Shown here: one piece after another, positions 1 through 8,775 of the stretch | Numbering within the stretch: the stretch's first letter is position 1 | Layout: every line of letters begins with the position of its first letter | From: a virus | Reading direction: 5' to 3' (one strand) | Virus record (IMG/VR): IMGVR_UViG_3300032282_006516 | Location: 1-64,000 of that record | Length of the DNA stretch: 64,000 nucleotides | Translations under genes and position numbers: made by a program | The notes under the pieces: generated by a model | The model's database searches: none | What the model saw: only the letters and a program-made list of their open reading frames with translations | What the model was told of the DNA's origin: nothing

Positions 1-6
1 ACCCCC

Positions 7-117
7 CGAACATTCATGATGTTCGCTACGAGACGCACGCCACTTCGGTGCCCGCCGAGGCGTGCGTCTCGTCCTTTTTAGGGGCTACAAAACAGCGAAG
101 CCGCCCCGAAGGGCGGC
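7..117. terminator. Cluster of three stem-loops; the 100-117 hairpin plus TTTTGTAGCCCC is a likely minus-strand terminator
   Basis: Inverted repeats at 7-13/19-25, 29-41/59-71 (13-bp stem) and 100-106/111-117 (TTCG loop on the minus strand), just downstream of the 139..345 gene. Confidence 0.55.
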
Positions 118-138
118 CCCACGCACGCGCTCGATTAC

Positions 139-345
139 TCAGCGACCGTAGTTCCCGGTCTCCAGAGCAGCCTGCGCAGCTTCTTCCGTCTTGTAGTACC
201 CCGATTCTCGGGAGTACGGACCACAGTCACAGCGCGTACCGATGTAGTACCCGCCGCCCGAGTGGTGGACCTCCAGCACAAGGTGCACGTCGCAATCCTC
301 GCACACTCGGGGTGCTCCCGACGCGAGGGTCTCACCGTGCATCAT
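139..345 (-). CDS. Small phage hypothetical protein (CxxC, YYIG..C.CGPYSRESGYY)
   Basis: 68-aa ORF overlapping the end of the upstream gene; followed by a terminator. Confidence 0.6.
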   Translation of the reverse strand: MMHGETLASGAPRVCEDCDVHLVLEVHHSGGGYYIGTRCDCGPYSRESGYYKTEEAAQAALETGNYGR

Positions 346-604
346 CGGTGACCTCCTCCGACTCTTCCTTCATCCCCGTGTAGAGGATGAGTTGTCCGTC
401 GTTGTCGAAACCCCAGTCCCAGCCGTGCATGCTGGCCAGGGCCTTGAGCTGCTCGACGTTTTCGGGGAGCACGAAGGCCCGCTTGATGTTCTCGCCGACG
501 CAGGGGTTGTACCCCTCGCCGTCGCTCTCGACCAAGACGGCCTCACTGGCGAGCGTGTACGTCGGGTCGTTTTGGCTGTCACTGAATGCGATGTAGAGGG
601 GCAT
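332..604 (-). CDS. Hypothetical protein
   Basis: 90-aa ORF; ATG 3 nt after the upstream stop. Confidence 0.6.
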   Translation of the reverse strand: MPLYIAFSDSQNDPTYTLASEAVLVESDGEGYNPCVGENIKRAFVLPENVEQLKALASMHGWDWGFDNDGQLILYTGMKEESEEVTDDAR

Positions 605-607
605 GAT

Positions 608-1003
608 TTACCTCGGCCAGATGTACGGAACGTCGGATGGAACGGTCGGGAAGAACTGCCGGTAGTGCTCTGGCAGCTTCCGAACCAAGTTGGATTGGTG
701 CGCCAGATGAAAGGCGGAGTCGCCTAGCCAATCCGGCTTTTGCGTGCAGGAGAAGCGCGCCGCCTCGACACGAATCTTGTCGAGGCAGCTGTCCTTGTAG
801 CCCCGAGCTACCCACTCACGGCACACGGCGATGCCGTACTCCGCGAGCTGAAACTCGAAACCCCGCCACATGCGTGAAGCGGGGTGATTGAGCCACTGGC
901 CTCGGAGAAGCTGCAGGACTTCAACCCGCTGCTTCCCGAGGCGTTGTCGGTCGAGAACTTTCGCCGACGTGGCGAAGTCCTCGTAGGGGAGAAACGTATT
1001 TAT
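608..1003 (-). CDS. Pyrimidine-dimer DNA glycosylase-like protein (DenV/MSMEG_6728 type); apparent ATA start
   Basis: The frame reads NTFLPYEDFATSAKVLDRQRLGKQRVEVLQLL..HPASRMWRG..HQSNLVRK..Y..WP upstream of the tracked ATG at 871. The codon at 1003-1001 is ATA and overlaps the upstream TAA. Confidence 0.8.
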   Translation of the reverse strand: MNTFLPYEDFATSAKVLDRQRLGKQRVEVLQLLRGQWLNHPASRMWRGFEFQLAEYGIAVCREWVARGYKDSCLDKIRVEAARFSCTQKPDWLGDSAFHLAHQSNLVRKLPEHYRQFFPTVPSDVPYIWPR

Positions 1004-1518
1004 TCGGCCCCCATGAGCGCCGCGTAGTCGAACTGAGTTCCCAGCGCATCCTTGATTGAGATGTCTGGGCCTTCGTGACCGAGAGCGACGCTGTTGTAGA
1101 TGAAGACGTAACGCGGCACGGTCAGCTTCTGCGCCACGAAGTCACGACCTTTCGGCGTAATCTTGTAGAGCCCCGAACGTGCCGAGTCGTCTTCGCGTGC
1201 CTCTGACTTGGGTTGAATGAGTTCCCAGTAAACGAGCTTCGCCCAGTCGCCACCGCGCACGACCGCAGACCGAGCGACCGCAGACCAAGTGCGCGAGGAC
1301 AGGTAGGAGGGAACGTGAAGCCACTCTTCCGTGGGCTTATCGCGGAAATACTGGTCGATGCAGCAGAGAGCTACCGCCATGCTGGCGGTCATGGGTCGCC
1401 GGTAGGTCTTCGCGAACTGTCCGCAGCACGGGCACTTGACGCCCGTGCTGCGATGCCGCCGAACCCACTCTCGCGCCTCAAGCAAGCTCCGCCACAGCTC
1501 GGGCGGCCTCTCACTCAC
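1000..1518 (-). CDS. Hypothetical protein with CPCCGQ Zn-ribbon and possible winged helix
   Basis: 172-aa ORF; GTGA overlap with the upstream gene. Confidence 0.7.
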   Translation of the reverse strand: MSERPPELWRSLLEAREWVRRHRSTGVKCPCCGQFAKTYRRPMTASMAVALCCIDQYFRDKPTEEWLHVPSYLSSRTWSAVARSAVVRGGDWAKLVYWELIQPKSEAREDDSARSGLYKITPKGRDFVAQKLTVPRYVFIYNSVALGHEGPDISIKDALGTQFDYAALMGAE

Positions 1519-2222
1519 GGCGTCTGCGCGCCCTGCGCGAGAAACTGCCGACGCAGTTCGATGTACTGCAGCAGTTTCTCGCGCGTCCAGCTAGGGTCCA
1601 CCCACTCCTCACGAACCACGATGTCGTCCCCCGTGACTTCGAAGAATAGTTCAATCGCTTGTCTGTACTCTTGTCGTTCGAGTGAATCGAGGATGTCTTG
1701 CGGTACGAGCGTGTTGGCGTATCCGGCATCGACTGCGTAGTCGACACGCTCGAAGCGCGCCAGGATATAGAGGCCCGCTCTAATGAGAGCGTCCCTCTCG
1801 GTCGGGTAAGCCGAGTAGGTCCTCACATCCTCGCCGGACACCTCGAAGATCCAGATTACCGGCGCCGCCTCTTCCGAGCTTCCGGCTCCATCTTCAGCGA
1901 CCGCTCCTCCTCCTTCGAGAGGCGGAACGTGATGCTCTCCGTCTCCGGATGAAGCACCAGCCACTGATACGCGAGCACCTGCAGCTGGTACGAGAGAATC
2001 GCTTCCTGGTCCACGAGGCGAGCTTACCACCTTATCCGGATTATCCTCGATGTAGGCTTCCGCACGCAGCGAATGGCTGTTCAGGTCGGCGCTGCTCACG
2101 ATCTTGATTTTCATATCGGTCTCCAGTGCGGCTGCAATCCGCTCCAGTGCTCGGGCGATTCGAGGAACCGTCCCGTCGAAGAACTGCTTCCCAGCTATCG
2201 TCTGGAAAAAAGCGATGCTCAT
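1515..2222 (-). CDS. Composite hypothetical ORF (probably several fused small genes)
   Basis: ATGA overlap start at 2222; segments MSIAFFQT..ERIAAALE, MKIKIVSSADL..RAEAYI and VIWIFEV.. joined by a shadow-like linker. Confidence 0.45.
   Translation of the reverse strand: MSIAFFQTIAGKQFFDGTVPRIARALERIAAALETDMKIKIVSSADLNSHSLRAEAYIEDNPDKVVSSPRGPGSDSLVPAAGARVSVAGASSGDGEHHVPPLEGGGAVAEDGAGSSEEAAPVIWIFEVSGEDVRTYSAYPTERDALIRAGLYILARFERVDYAVDAGYANTLVPQDILDSLERQEYRQAIELFFEVTGDDIVVREEWVDPSWTREKLLQYIELRRQFLAQGAQTP
1856..2014 (-). CDS. Nested alternative-frame 52-aa ORF (MDQEAILSYQLQVLAYQWLVLHPETESITFRLSKEEERSLKMEPEARKRRRR)
   Basis: Translated by hand: GTG at 2014, TAA at 1858-1856; reads more protein-like than the overlapping linker. 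Confidence 0.3.
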   Translation of the reverse strand: MDQEAILSYQLQVLAYQWLVLHPETESITFRLSKEEERSLKMEPEARKRRRR

Positions 2223-2668
2223 GGCCGGAACTCCTCCCGCTGAAGGCGGAGCCATTCCGTGTCGCTCATGAACTTGGCGCCTTTTGCCGTAACGAACACT
2301 GCGCCTCCTCCGAACTCCCCGACACGAGGGGACGAACACGTCGCCGCCCAGGAGAGCTGGAAGAAGTTGTCGGGCCGAAACTTGGCGAGGAACTCCTGCA
2401 CAACGACGGCTATGTCGTCGATGCTTCCGTCCTCTTCGGAAACAATGAAGAACATGCGCCCTTCACCCTTGCCCCCGAAGTGCCAGTCGAACATCGGAAA
2501 GTTGTCTTCGTACGCCACGTGGTGGCTGTACTGCTCCAGGAGCTTCTTTCGAACTTCCGAAGTTTCCTCCCCCGGCTCGGGCACGGTGCAGGCTTCCTTC
2601 AGCCAAGTCTCTTCTTCTGGGGTGACGCCGTCGATGACTTGTGAGAACAGAGTGTAGTTGTTGGCCAT
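2219..2668 (-). CDS. Hypothetical protein (MANNYTLFS..)
   Basis: 149-aa ORF coupled to the downstream gene. Confidence 0.7.
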   Translation of the reverse strand: MANNYTLFSQVIDGVTPEEETWLKEACTVPEPGEETSEVRKKLLEQYSHHVAYEDNFPMFDWHFGGKGEGRMFFIVSEEDGSIDDIAVVVQEFLAKFRPDNFFQLSWAATCSSPRVGEFGGGAVFVTAKGAKFMSDTEWLRLQREEFRP

Positions 2669-2686
2669 GGCTTTGGTGGTGAAGAG

Positions 2687-3130
2687 TTAACGAATGGCTT
2701 GTTCGTGACAGGGTGCGTGCCACATCTCTCCGCGACTCCACGTCGCAAAAGAGCCGCGGCGAAGACGTTGCCCACAGCCCGCACACCAGGCCGGCAGGAC
2801 AACTGGGATATGTTTCGCCTCCGGGTCCTTCTTCCGCTTTGGAGCGGAGTTGTGGACTCGGGGTTGTGGAGGCGGGGGCCGTACCTGCGCCTTGACGTAG
2901 TCACTCGGCGCACGCGGTTGGTAGGACGAGAACAACTCGTCCAGGTAGTCGTCCATCATCGCCCCGGCGTCCACCCAAGTGCGGGAAGGGGCGGATGATT
3001 CGAGGAGACCTTGTTCGTGAATGAGGCGACACGCCTGCATCGCTGCGACGTGTGCCTCATTCGGGTTGGTCGACGGGTCAGCCGCAAGAGCAGCGAGATC
3101 CCGCGCCCTCTTGCGGCTATCTCGGCTCAC
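2687..3130 (-). CDS. DUF2786-like N-terminal domain protein
   Basis: ARDLAALAADPSTNPNEAHVAAMQACRLI pattern; GTG at 3130 overlaps the upstream TGA. Confidence 0.55.
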   Translation of the reverse strand: MSRDSRKRARDLAALAADPSTNPNEAHVAAMQACRLIHEQGLLESSAPSRTWVDAGAMMDDYLDELFSSYQPRAPSDYVKAQVRPPPPQPRVHNSAPKRKKDPEAKHIPVVLPAWCAGCGQRLRRGSFATWSRGEMWHAPCHEQAIR

Positions 3131-3612
3131 TGGAAGTACTGCCTCGCCCGTCGAATGCAGTCTTTCACCGAGCGCAGCGCTGCGCTGAAATCGCACTTCG
3201 AGACGGGATGGACCAGCTCGTGCAGTGCGATCTCCGCCTCAAGCTGGTCCGAGGCCGTGTTGAGTTCGAGCAGGCTGTACTGCTTCACCGTCTTCTCGAA
3301 CTGGTCGTCCGGCTGCCCGTCCGCGACGAACTGGAGCAGCACCTCCGTGATTTCTCGGCTCTTCGCGTCGAGAACGAGCGGACCCTGCTCCTGTGCCTGA
3401 GAGAGTGCCTCAATCGTCAACGGGTCCGCCGACAAGCCCGCCTGCTTGGTCTCAGACCGTCGACGCCCGATGATGAGCACCTCGTTTTGCGCGTTGAATA
3501 ACTCCAGGGTGTACGCCCCGGAGAGTTCGTTGAGCTTCTCTTCGAGTGCCGCCGCGTAGGCTTCGACCGACCGGTCGCGGCGGGGCACACCCACAACACG
3601 AAACTTCTTCAT
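3127..3612 (-). CDS. Hypothetical protein
   Basis: ATG at 3612, downstream of the promoter motif at 3647-3673. Confidence 0.65.
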   Translation of the reverse strand: MKKFRVVGVPRRDRSVEAYAAALEEKLNELSGAYTLELFNAQNEVLIIGRRRSETKQAGLSADPLTIEALSQAQEQGPLVLDAKSREITEVLLQFVADGQPDDQFEKTVKQYSLLELNTASDQLEAEIALHELVHPVSKCDFSAALRSVKDCIRRARQYFQ

Positions 3613-3646
3613 GTTCTTTCCACGCCAAAAGTGGCGCTCCACTCGC

Positions 3647-3673
3647 CTTATTCCGCAATGCGCGTGGGTTTTT
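3647..3673 (-). promoter_or_regulatory. AAACCC-N11-GGAATAAG phage promoter motif
   Basis: Minus strand reads AAAAACCCACGCGCATTGCGGAATAAG, matching the copies at 27811, 28018 and 29824. Confidence 0.6.
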
Positions 3674-4263
3674 CAGAAATCGCTGCCGTCGTCGAACTCG
3701 TCGAAGTGGATAAGGCCGCCGGGAAGGGCGTACACATCATCGTCCCCCGCAGAGAAGACATCACGGCGACGATACTCGGCGGGGCGACCAACACTCATCA
3801 CATTCTTCGGCGTAAGTCGACGAACGTGACGGCGTACAGTCTCGGGGTCGAGGTCGAGGCTCTCGCAGATGGAGAGAAAGCTCATCATGTGCTTTCCCTC
3901 CTGCTCGCGCTCATTCCACTCGGGAGAGCCGGGTGCCTCCACGAAGAGCCACACGTATGCCTGCTCCGCCAGTGTGCGCTGAACTAGCCGCGTGCTCGTC
4001 CGGTACAAAACCCAGTCGTACGCGGCTCGGCGTACGACTTCGAGAAGCAAGGTCTTGCAGCCGTTGATTTCCTGGAGCGCGGTCTCCTCATCCCACACGT
4101 CGTCTCGCCGCGTATTGGCGACCGCGAGCTGCGCCCTCAGAACCGTGACGCTACCCGGCACGTGAATCTCTCGCGTTATGGGAGGTGGCGGCGGAGGAAC
4201 CAGGCGGAGTCGTGCTGCCCGGGCTGCACGTCGTAGAATCAAGGGCAGCACCCATCCAAGCAT
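3673..4263 (-). CDS. Conserved phage hypothetical (LLEVVRRAAYDW..SFLSICESLDLDP)
   Basis: ATG at 4263 in a TAATG overlap with the upstream stop. Confidence 0.7.
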   Translation of the reverse strand: MLGWVLPLILRRAARAARLRLVPPPPPPITREIHVPGSVTVLRAQLAVANTRRDDVWDEETALQEINGCKTLLLEVVRRAAYDWVLYRTSTRLVQRTLAEQAYVWLFVEAPGSPEWNEREQEGKHMMSFLSICESLDLDPETVRRHVRRLTPKNVMSVGRPAEYRRRDVFSAGDDDVYALPGGLIHFDEFDDGSDF

Positions 4264-5159
4264 TACGGGCGAACAGTCACTACAAGCGGCTGTCCCTGAA
4301 TCCCAGCATCCGGGATGTGGACGATGCTCTGGTCGGTGCGGGTGACCTGAAGCGCGGCGGTTCCGGGTGCTACGCCGATGAGGGTCAGGGCCACAGGGGA
4401 ACACGTATAGCTCAACACATCGGGGTTGCTGCTGGCGTACATGACGTCCCCCCGACCCGTGCCGAGATTCTGCCCGTCGCTCGCCAAAACCTGTACCGCA
4501 ACCGTAAGTTCTTGACCAACACGAATCGTGTACGGACCCGGCGGATTCAGAACGATTTTCTCTACGACAGGGAAGATGAGGTCGGCCAGGTTCACGTTCG
4601 GCGCGTCCGGCACGCTGATGGTCCGAAGCACGTCCTCCTCACCCTGAATCGTCACGCTGTACTGGCCGTTTCGGATGAGGTTGACCTGGGCGTAGCCCTT
4701 CTCGTCCGTACGGATGATGACGCGCTCTTTGAGCACCGCCGCCCCGTCGAGCCACACCGGGTTGAACTGGGCGATGAAGTGAATGTCGACGTTTGACTGC
4801 GGAGCGCCCGTGATGTCCCGGAAGTAGCCGTACGCCGTACAGAGCCGCGCATCGAGTGGCGTAGGCGGCACCAACACCTCCGCTTTCACATCAAAGACGT
4901 TGCTCTGTCCCGGCGGAAGCGGCGCAGGCAGCACCGTGAAGAACTGGGGATTCGTGAACCCCACCTGAAACTTGTAGAAGCGCGTCTGGTAGGTGATTCC
5001 CGACTGAAGCAGAAACCCTACATGCCCATCGGCGTCCGTCGTGCTCTGCGCGTAGACCAGTCGGCCATCTTGCGAGAACACCTTGACGACCACCCCGGCC
5101 AAGGGGCTTCGCGAAGGCGTCGTATCCTTGATGTAGAAGTCGACCGCCTCGTAGCTCAC
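4263..5159 (-). CDS. Putative virion protein with carboxypeptidase-regulatory/Ig-like beta domains
   Basis: PLAGVVVKV..TTDADG motif; C-terminal Ig-like segment; shares a domain with 5156..6178. Confidence 0.55.
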   Translation of the reverse strand: MSYEAVDFYIKDTTPSRSPLAGVVVKVFSQDGRLVYAQSTTDADGHVGFLLQSGITYQTRFYKFQVGFTNPQFFTVLPAPLPPGQSNVFDVKAEVLVPPTPLDARLCTAYGYFRDITGAPQSNVDIHFIAQFNPVWLDGAAVLKERVIIRTDEKGYAQVNLIRNGQYSVTIQGEEDVLRTISVPDAPNVNLADLIFPVVEKIVLNPPGPYTIRVGQELTVAVQVLASDGQNLGTGRGDVMYASSNPDVLSYTCSPVALTLIGVAPGTAALQVTRTDQSIVHIPDAGIQGQPLVVTVRP

Positions 5160-6178
5160 AGCGTCCTCCGCACAGCGTAGGGAATGTTGGGAATCTGTAC
5201 GGTGAACAGCTCGTTCTGCCCGTTACCGGCCGTCAGCAGATTCAGCGTCTGCACCGCCGGGTCGGTCGGAATCTCAATCTCCCGGGCCAGCGTCGTACCG
5301 CCCACCGCAACGGTCACCAGAGCACCACGGGCCAGCAACAACTCAACTCGACCCGCGGCATCCGTGAGAAGGTGCTGCGTTCCTCCCACAACAACACGAC
5401 CTCCGACCTGGAGCCCGTTGAAGTTGTTGTAGATGAGCACCTCCTGGTTCTCGATGGGCGCCCCTGTCACATCGACGAGGTTCACATAGCCAAGAACCAG
5501 GCTCGACATATCGAGACCCGCATTCTGTGTGCCCTGGAAAGGCGCAGAGAACTGGCTCACCGTGCGGTTGAAGCTGTCGTAGAACCGCGCCTTATAGAAA
5601 TACGCGGGAGACCCGTTGGGGTCGATGACGCTGTACTGGGGCACACCCCGACGCAGAACAACCCGAGCGTCTCTTCCAAAGGCTAAAGAACCGGGTTCGG
5701 TCGTCGCGAAGCCGAGAAGCGGAGCCGCGTCACCGCCCACACAGCGAAGCGAGGCTTTGAGACCCGGCTCCACCGTCTGAACGATGAGAACTGCGTTGCT
5801 AACAAAAGCGGTCAGGAGCCCGTTGCTGCCGGCCTGTATCTGGGCCGCAGCTGCGCCAAAGCTAACGGGGTCCGGCCCCGCGAACGTGATGTTCACGGGG
5901 ATGTACTCGTTGATGAGGAACTGAATCGTCTTGTCTGCGAGTGGGATGCTCGGCCCCGTTTGAGGCGGAGCCGGCGGGTCATCCGGAGTGTTCAGCGGAA
6001 GACGCGCCGGCAGCCACGCGTCATCATGCAATGCTTCGTACGGCCCCATGTCCGTGCCGCGGGAACGCCAGACCTCAAAACGGTCGAAGTACCCTTCCCA
6101 GGCTCCCGGCTCGAAAAAGAAGTCGAGCTGGAAACGCTCCTGAGTAGCCGCAGTAGGGGCCGCACGAAGAATACGCAT
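5156..6178 (-). CDS. Putative virion structural protein
   Basis: 340 aa, beta-rich; paralogous C-terminal domain (DVTGAP..N..LTDAAG..REIEIP). Confidence 0.5.
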   Translation of the reverse strand: MRILRAAPTAATQERFQLDFFFEPGAWEGYFDRFEVWRSRGTDMGPYEALHDDAWLPARLPLNTPDDPPAPPQTGPSIPLADKTIQFLINEYIPVNITFAGPDPVSFGAAAAQIQAGSNGLLTAFVSNAVLIVQTVEPGLKASLRCVGGDAAPLLGFATTEPGSLAFGRDARVVLRRGVPQYSVIDPNGSPAYFYKARFYDSFNRTVSQFSAPFQGTQNAGLDMSSLVLGYVNLVDVTGAPIENQEVLIYNNFNGLQVGGRVVVGGTQHLLTDAAGRVELLLARGALVTVAVGGTTLAREIEIPTDPAVQTLNLLTAGNGQNELFTVQIPNIPYAVRRTL

Positions 6179-6183
6179 GATTA

Positions 6184-6420
6184 CTAACCCTCGACGATGG
6201 TGCCGTCCGGCTTCACAGTCGTCCGGCTGATGTCGACGCCGTACTTCTCACTCAGCTCGGCGCGCTTCTTCTCCATCTCTTGCTGAAGAAGGCGCATGCC
6301 ATCGACGACCTGCGCCTTGGCGGCGTCGAGCTGCTGGACCTGAAGCTGCCCGTTCTGCAACTTCAGATAGATGTTCTCGATGCTCAGGCGCTCTTCTTCG
6401 GTGAGCTTCTTCTCGCTCAT
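6184..6420 (-). CDS. Small coiled-coil hypothetical protein
   Basis: 78-aa ORF with GGAG RBS. Confidence 0.65.
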   Translation of the reverse strand: MSEKKLTEEERLSIENIYLKLQNGQLQVQQLDAAKAQVVDGMRLLQQEMEKKRAELSEKYGVDISRTTVKPDGTIVEG

Positions 6421-6433
6421 GTTCTCTCCATTC

Positions 6434-6664
6434 TCACGGGCCTACAAGGAATGAGTCAATCTCTGAGACCACAAGGTCCGACGCGGCGTCTACGCCTTTC
6501 TGCGCGAGCCGGTCAGACCCTGTGCGTCCCTGGAGAATCTTTTTCAACGAAGCCACCTGATTATTCAGGGTCTTCGTTCTGCTGTCGGCCCACTCCTGCA
6601 CCGCAGAGGAGAGCGTCTCTAGTCGTTGAACGCGTTCTTCCATGGCGCAGGCAGTGTACCGCAC
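6434..6664 (-). CDS. Hypothetical protein
   Basis: 76-aa helical ORF; true start may be the internal ATG (MEERVQ). Confidence 0.55.
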   Translation of the reverse strand: MRYTACAMEERVQRLETLSSAVQEWADSRTKTLNNQVASLKKILQGRTGSDRLAQKGVDAASDLVVSEIDSFLVGP

Positions 6665-6700
6665 TTCTACTCTTGAACCACGACTGGTGAAAAGACCTCT

Positions 6701-7867
6701 TCAGGCTTTTTCCAGTGCCTCCATGAGCAGCTTCCCGGCCTCACGTTGCAGGTCGAGCCGGCGGTCCGGGTCTTCGGCCTGCTTGGCGAGGTGGCCGAGC
6801 GCACCAGCGGCCCAGTAGAGGTTGGGCATGCGCGACCCATCCGGGGCAAACGAGACCGGAGGCAGGTCGATGACCGTGTCCTCCTTCTGGTCGAGAACGC
6901 TCTGCAGCCACTTCGCATCCGTGTCCCCAACGGCGCTGCGGATGCGAGCGCGAAGCTGCGACCACGGAATCTGCTCATCGCGTGCCGCACGGATAGCCGT
7001 GAGCAGGCGCTCGATGTTGCTCTCCGCCAGGTACTGCCCCACATAGTCGCGAACCGCGCTTTGCTGCGCCGCGACTTCCTTTTGCGCTGTCTCGTTCGAG
7101 ATTTCGAGGTCTTGGTCCTCGATGATGGAACCGATGTGCCGACCACGGATGGAATCCGGGTCGAGAACACTCGATGTGCCCGCCCCAATCCGCCACACGG
7201 ACTGCAGCACCTGAAGCCGTCCGCTGCCGAAGTCCGAGTTCGACCACTCGACCCCGATGCAGATGTACTCACCCGGGAAGGCCTCGAACACGAGCGGAAT
7301 GAAGCACTTCAGCGCGCTCCGAACGGCAGAAGACGTGGCTTCCACCGGCTGCGCCCCCGCCGCCTGGCATGCGTCGATGAACGAGCTGAGAAGGGGTGCG
7401 CTTGCCATGTGGCGGTTGAACCGCCGGCTGAGAAAGCCCCGGAGTTCGTTGCCGACGATGCGGTGAAGGAAGCGCGGCGGCTGACCGCTACGTTCCGCCC
7501 AGTTCGGCTGGTGGTACAGCTCGTTCAGATTGTGCGCGAGCAGCTCACGGGACCACGGCCCGCCCTCGGCCAATCGGTCGAGGTAAGCCATGGGGAACTT
7601 GATGCGCTCGTGCTTGCACAACTGGTTCAGCGCGTGCCGGTGCACACGCAGCGGAACGTCGTCGCCATACGCCAGCCGCACCGCGTTCTTGTCCGTCGGG
7701 TCGGCGATGAAACGCATCGCCTTCGGCGGGACGAGCTTGTCGATGATCACCGTGTTCATGACGCTGTTGAGGAGCGCCCGCTGCTGCGCCTCACCAAGAG
7801 AAAAGCGGTGCTCCATCTTGTGCTGCGCCACGGTGAAGGGGTCGAACATGTCGAGTTGCTGATTCAT
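6701..7867 (-). CDS. DUF932/DUF945-like phage protein
   Basis: HALNQL..PMAYLDRL..LAHNLNEL..RGFLSRRF..GVEWSNSDFG pattern; strong AGGAG RBS. Confidence 0.5.
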   Translation of the reverse strand: MNQQLDMFDPFTVAQHKMEHRFSLGEAQQRALLNSVMNTVIIDKLVPPKAMRFIADPTDKNAVRLAYGDDVPLRVHRHALNQLCKHERIKFPMAYLDRLAEGGPWSRELLAHNLNELYHQPNWAERSGQPPRFLHRIVGNELRGFLSRRFNRHMASAPLLSSFIDACQAAGAQPVEATSSAVRSALKCFIPLVFEAFPGEYICIGVEWSNSDFGSGRLQVLQSVWRIGAGTSSVLDPDSIRGRHIGSIIEDQDLEISNETAQKEVAAQQSAVRDYVGQYLAESNIERLLTAIRAARDEQIPWSQLRARIRSAVGDTDAKWLQSVLDQKEDTVIDLPPVSFAPDGSRMPNLYWAAGALGHLAKQAEDPDRRLDLQREAGKLLMEALEKA

Positions 7868-7879
7868 GTGAACTCCTGG

Positions 7880-7915
7880 AAATGAAAACGGGGCCGAGCG
7901 TTTGCTCGACCCCGT
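7880..7915 (-). terminator. Intrinsic terminator after the sigma factor gene
   Basis: Stem ACGGGGTCGAGC/GCTCGGCCCCGT followed by TTTCATTT. Confidence 0.7.
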
Positions 7916-7939
7916 GGGTTGTTGGTCGGAGGAAGTAAG

Positions 7940-8737
7940 TTACTCGTCGAGACCCATGTGCTGCCGCAGCGTGTTACCCATCTGGGTTTTCATGCGGCTC
8001 ACCTGGGACTGGCTCTTGTTCAGACGCTTGGCGAGGTCGCCGGTCGATTGAATCTGCGGATACCCGTTCGTGCCGAACGTGTAGTGGAAAAGGTCGTGCA
8101 TGTGCGGCTGATTCGGGAAGATGGTCGGCAGGATGTGCTGCGCCACCGCAATCTGCTGCTCCTCGAAGCCGCGCCCGGTACGGTCGGCCCCGGCGGAGTA
8201 GTCGAACGCCTCCTCACCTGCCGACCGGCCCATCGGTACGTCCCGCTTGACCGACTTCAAGATGGTGTCGATGCGCCGAGGCGTCATCCCCAAGTGGTCA
8301 CCAAGCTCATCCGTTGTCGGCGGACGGCCCAGTTCGTCGGTCAGCTGATTCTGCGCCCGCTGAATCTTGCCGATGTGCCCCGACTGGCCTTCGGGGATGT
8401 AGGCGAGATTCTGGTAGCGGTTGTTGTACCGCATCGCCTTCGGCAAGCGTGCCTCAACATGCGTGTTCAGTGCAGCACCCCGAGAGGGGTCGTACGTCTG
8501 AAGCGCCTTGATGAGATGCGTCTGCAACTCGGCGCGGAAGGCGCTCTCCGGAACTTGCGGCGCCTTCCACTTGCGAATCTTCTGCGCCACGACCGGCTCG
8601 TAGAGCTTCAGAAGTGGCTGAAGGTGTTCCGGCTGCTCGCCGTTACTCTTCCACTGGTGCCAGAGGTCGAGTTCTTGCTGCTTCCGCTTTGAAACCGAGG
8701 CGGCCTTCTCGGCCATGTACTCGTCAAAAGGATTCAT
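7940..8737 (-). CDS. Phage sigma-70-family factor (FliA/SigF-like)
   Basis: Region 2 YDPSRGAALNTHVEARL; region 3 RPPTTDELGDHLG; region 4 HTH STGDLAKRLNKSQSQVSRMK. Confidence 0.85.
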   Translation of the reverse strand: MNPFDEYMAEKAASVSKRKQQELDLWHQWKSNGEQPEHLQPLLKLYEPVVAQKIRKWKAPQVPESAFRAELQTHLIKALQTYDPSRGAALNTHVEARLPKAMRYNNRYQNLAYIPEGQSGHIGKIQRAQNQLTDELGRPPTTDELGDHLGMTPRRIDTILKSVKRDVPMGRSAGEEAFDYSAGADRTGRGFEEQQIAVAQHILPTIFPNQPHMHDLFHYTFGTNGYPQIQSTGDLAKRLNKSQSQVSRMKTQMGNTLRQHMGLDE

Positions 8738-8775
8738 GGTCCTCCGGTTTAGTGCGGACGCCGGAGGAACCGGCG

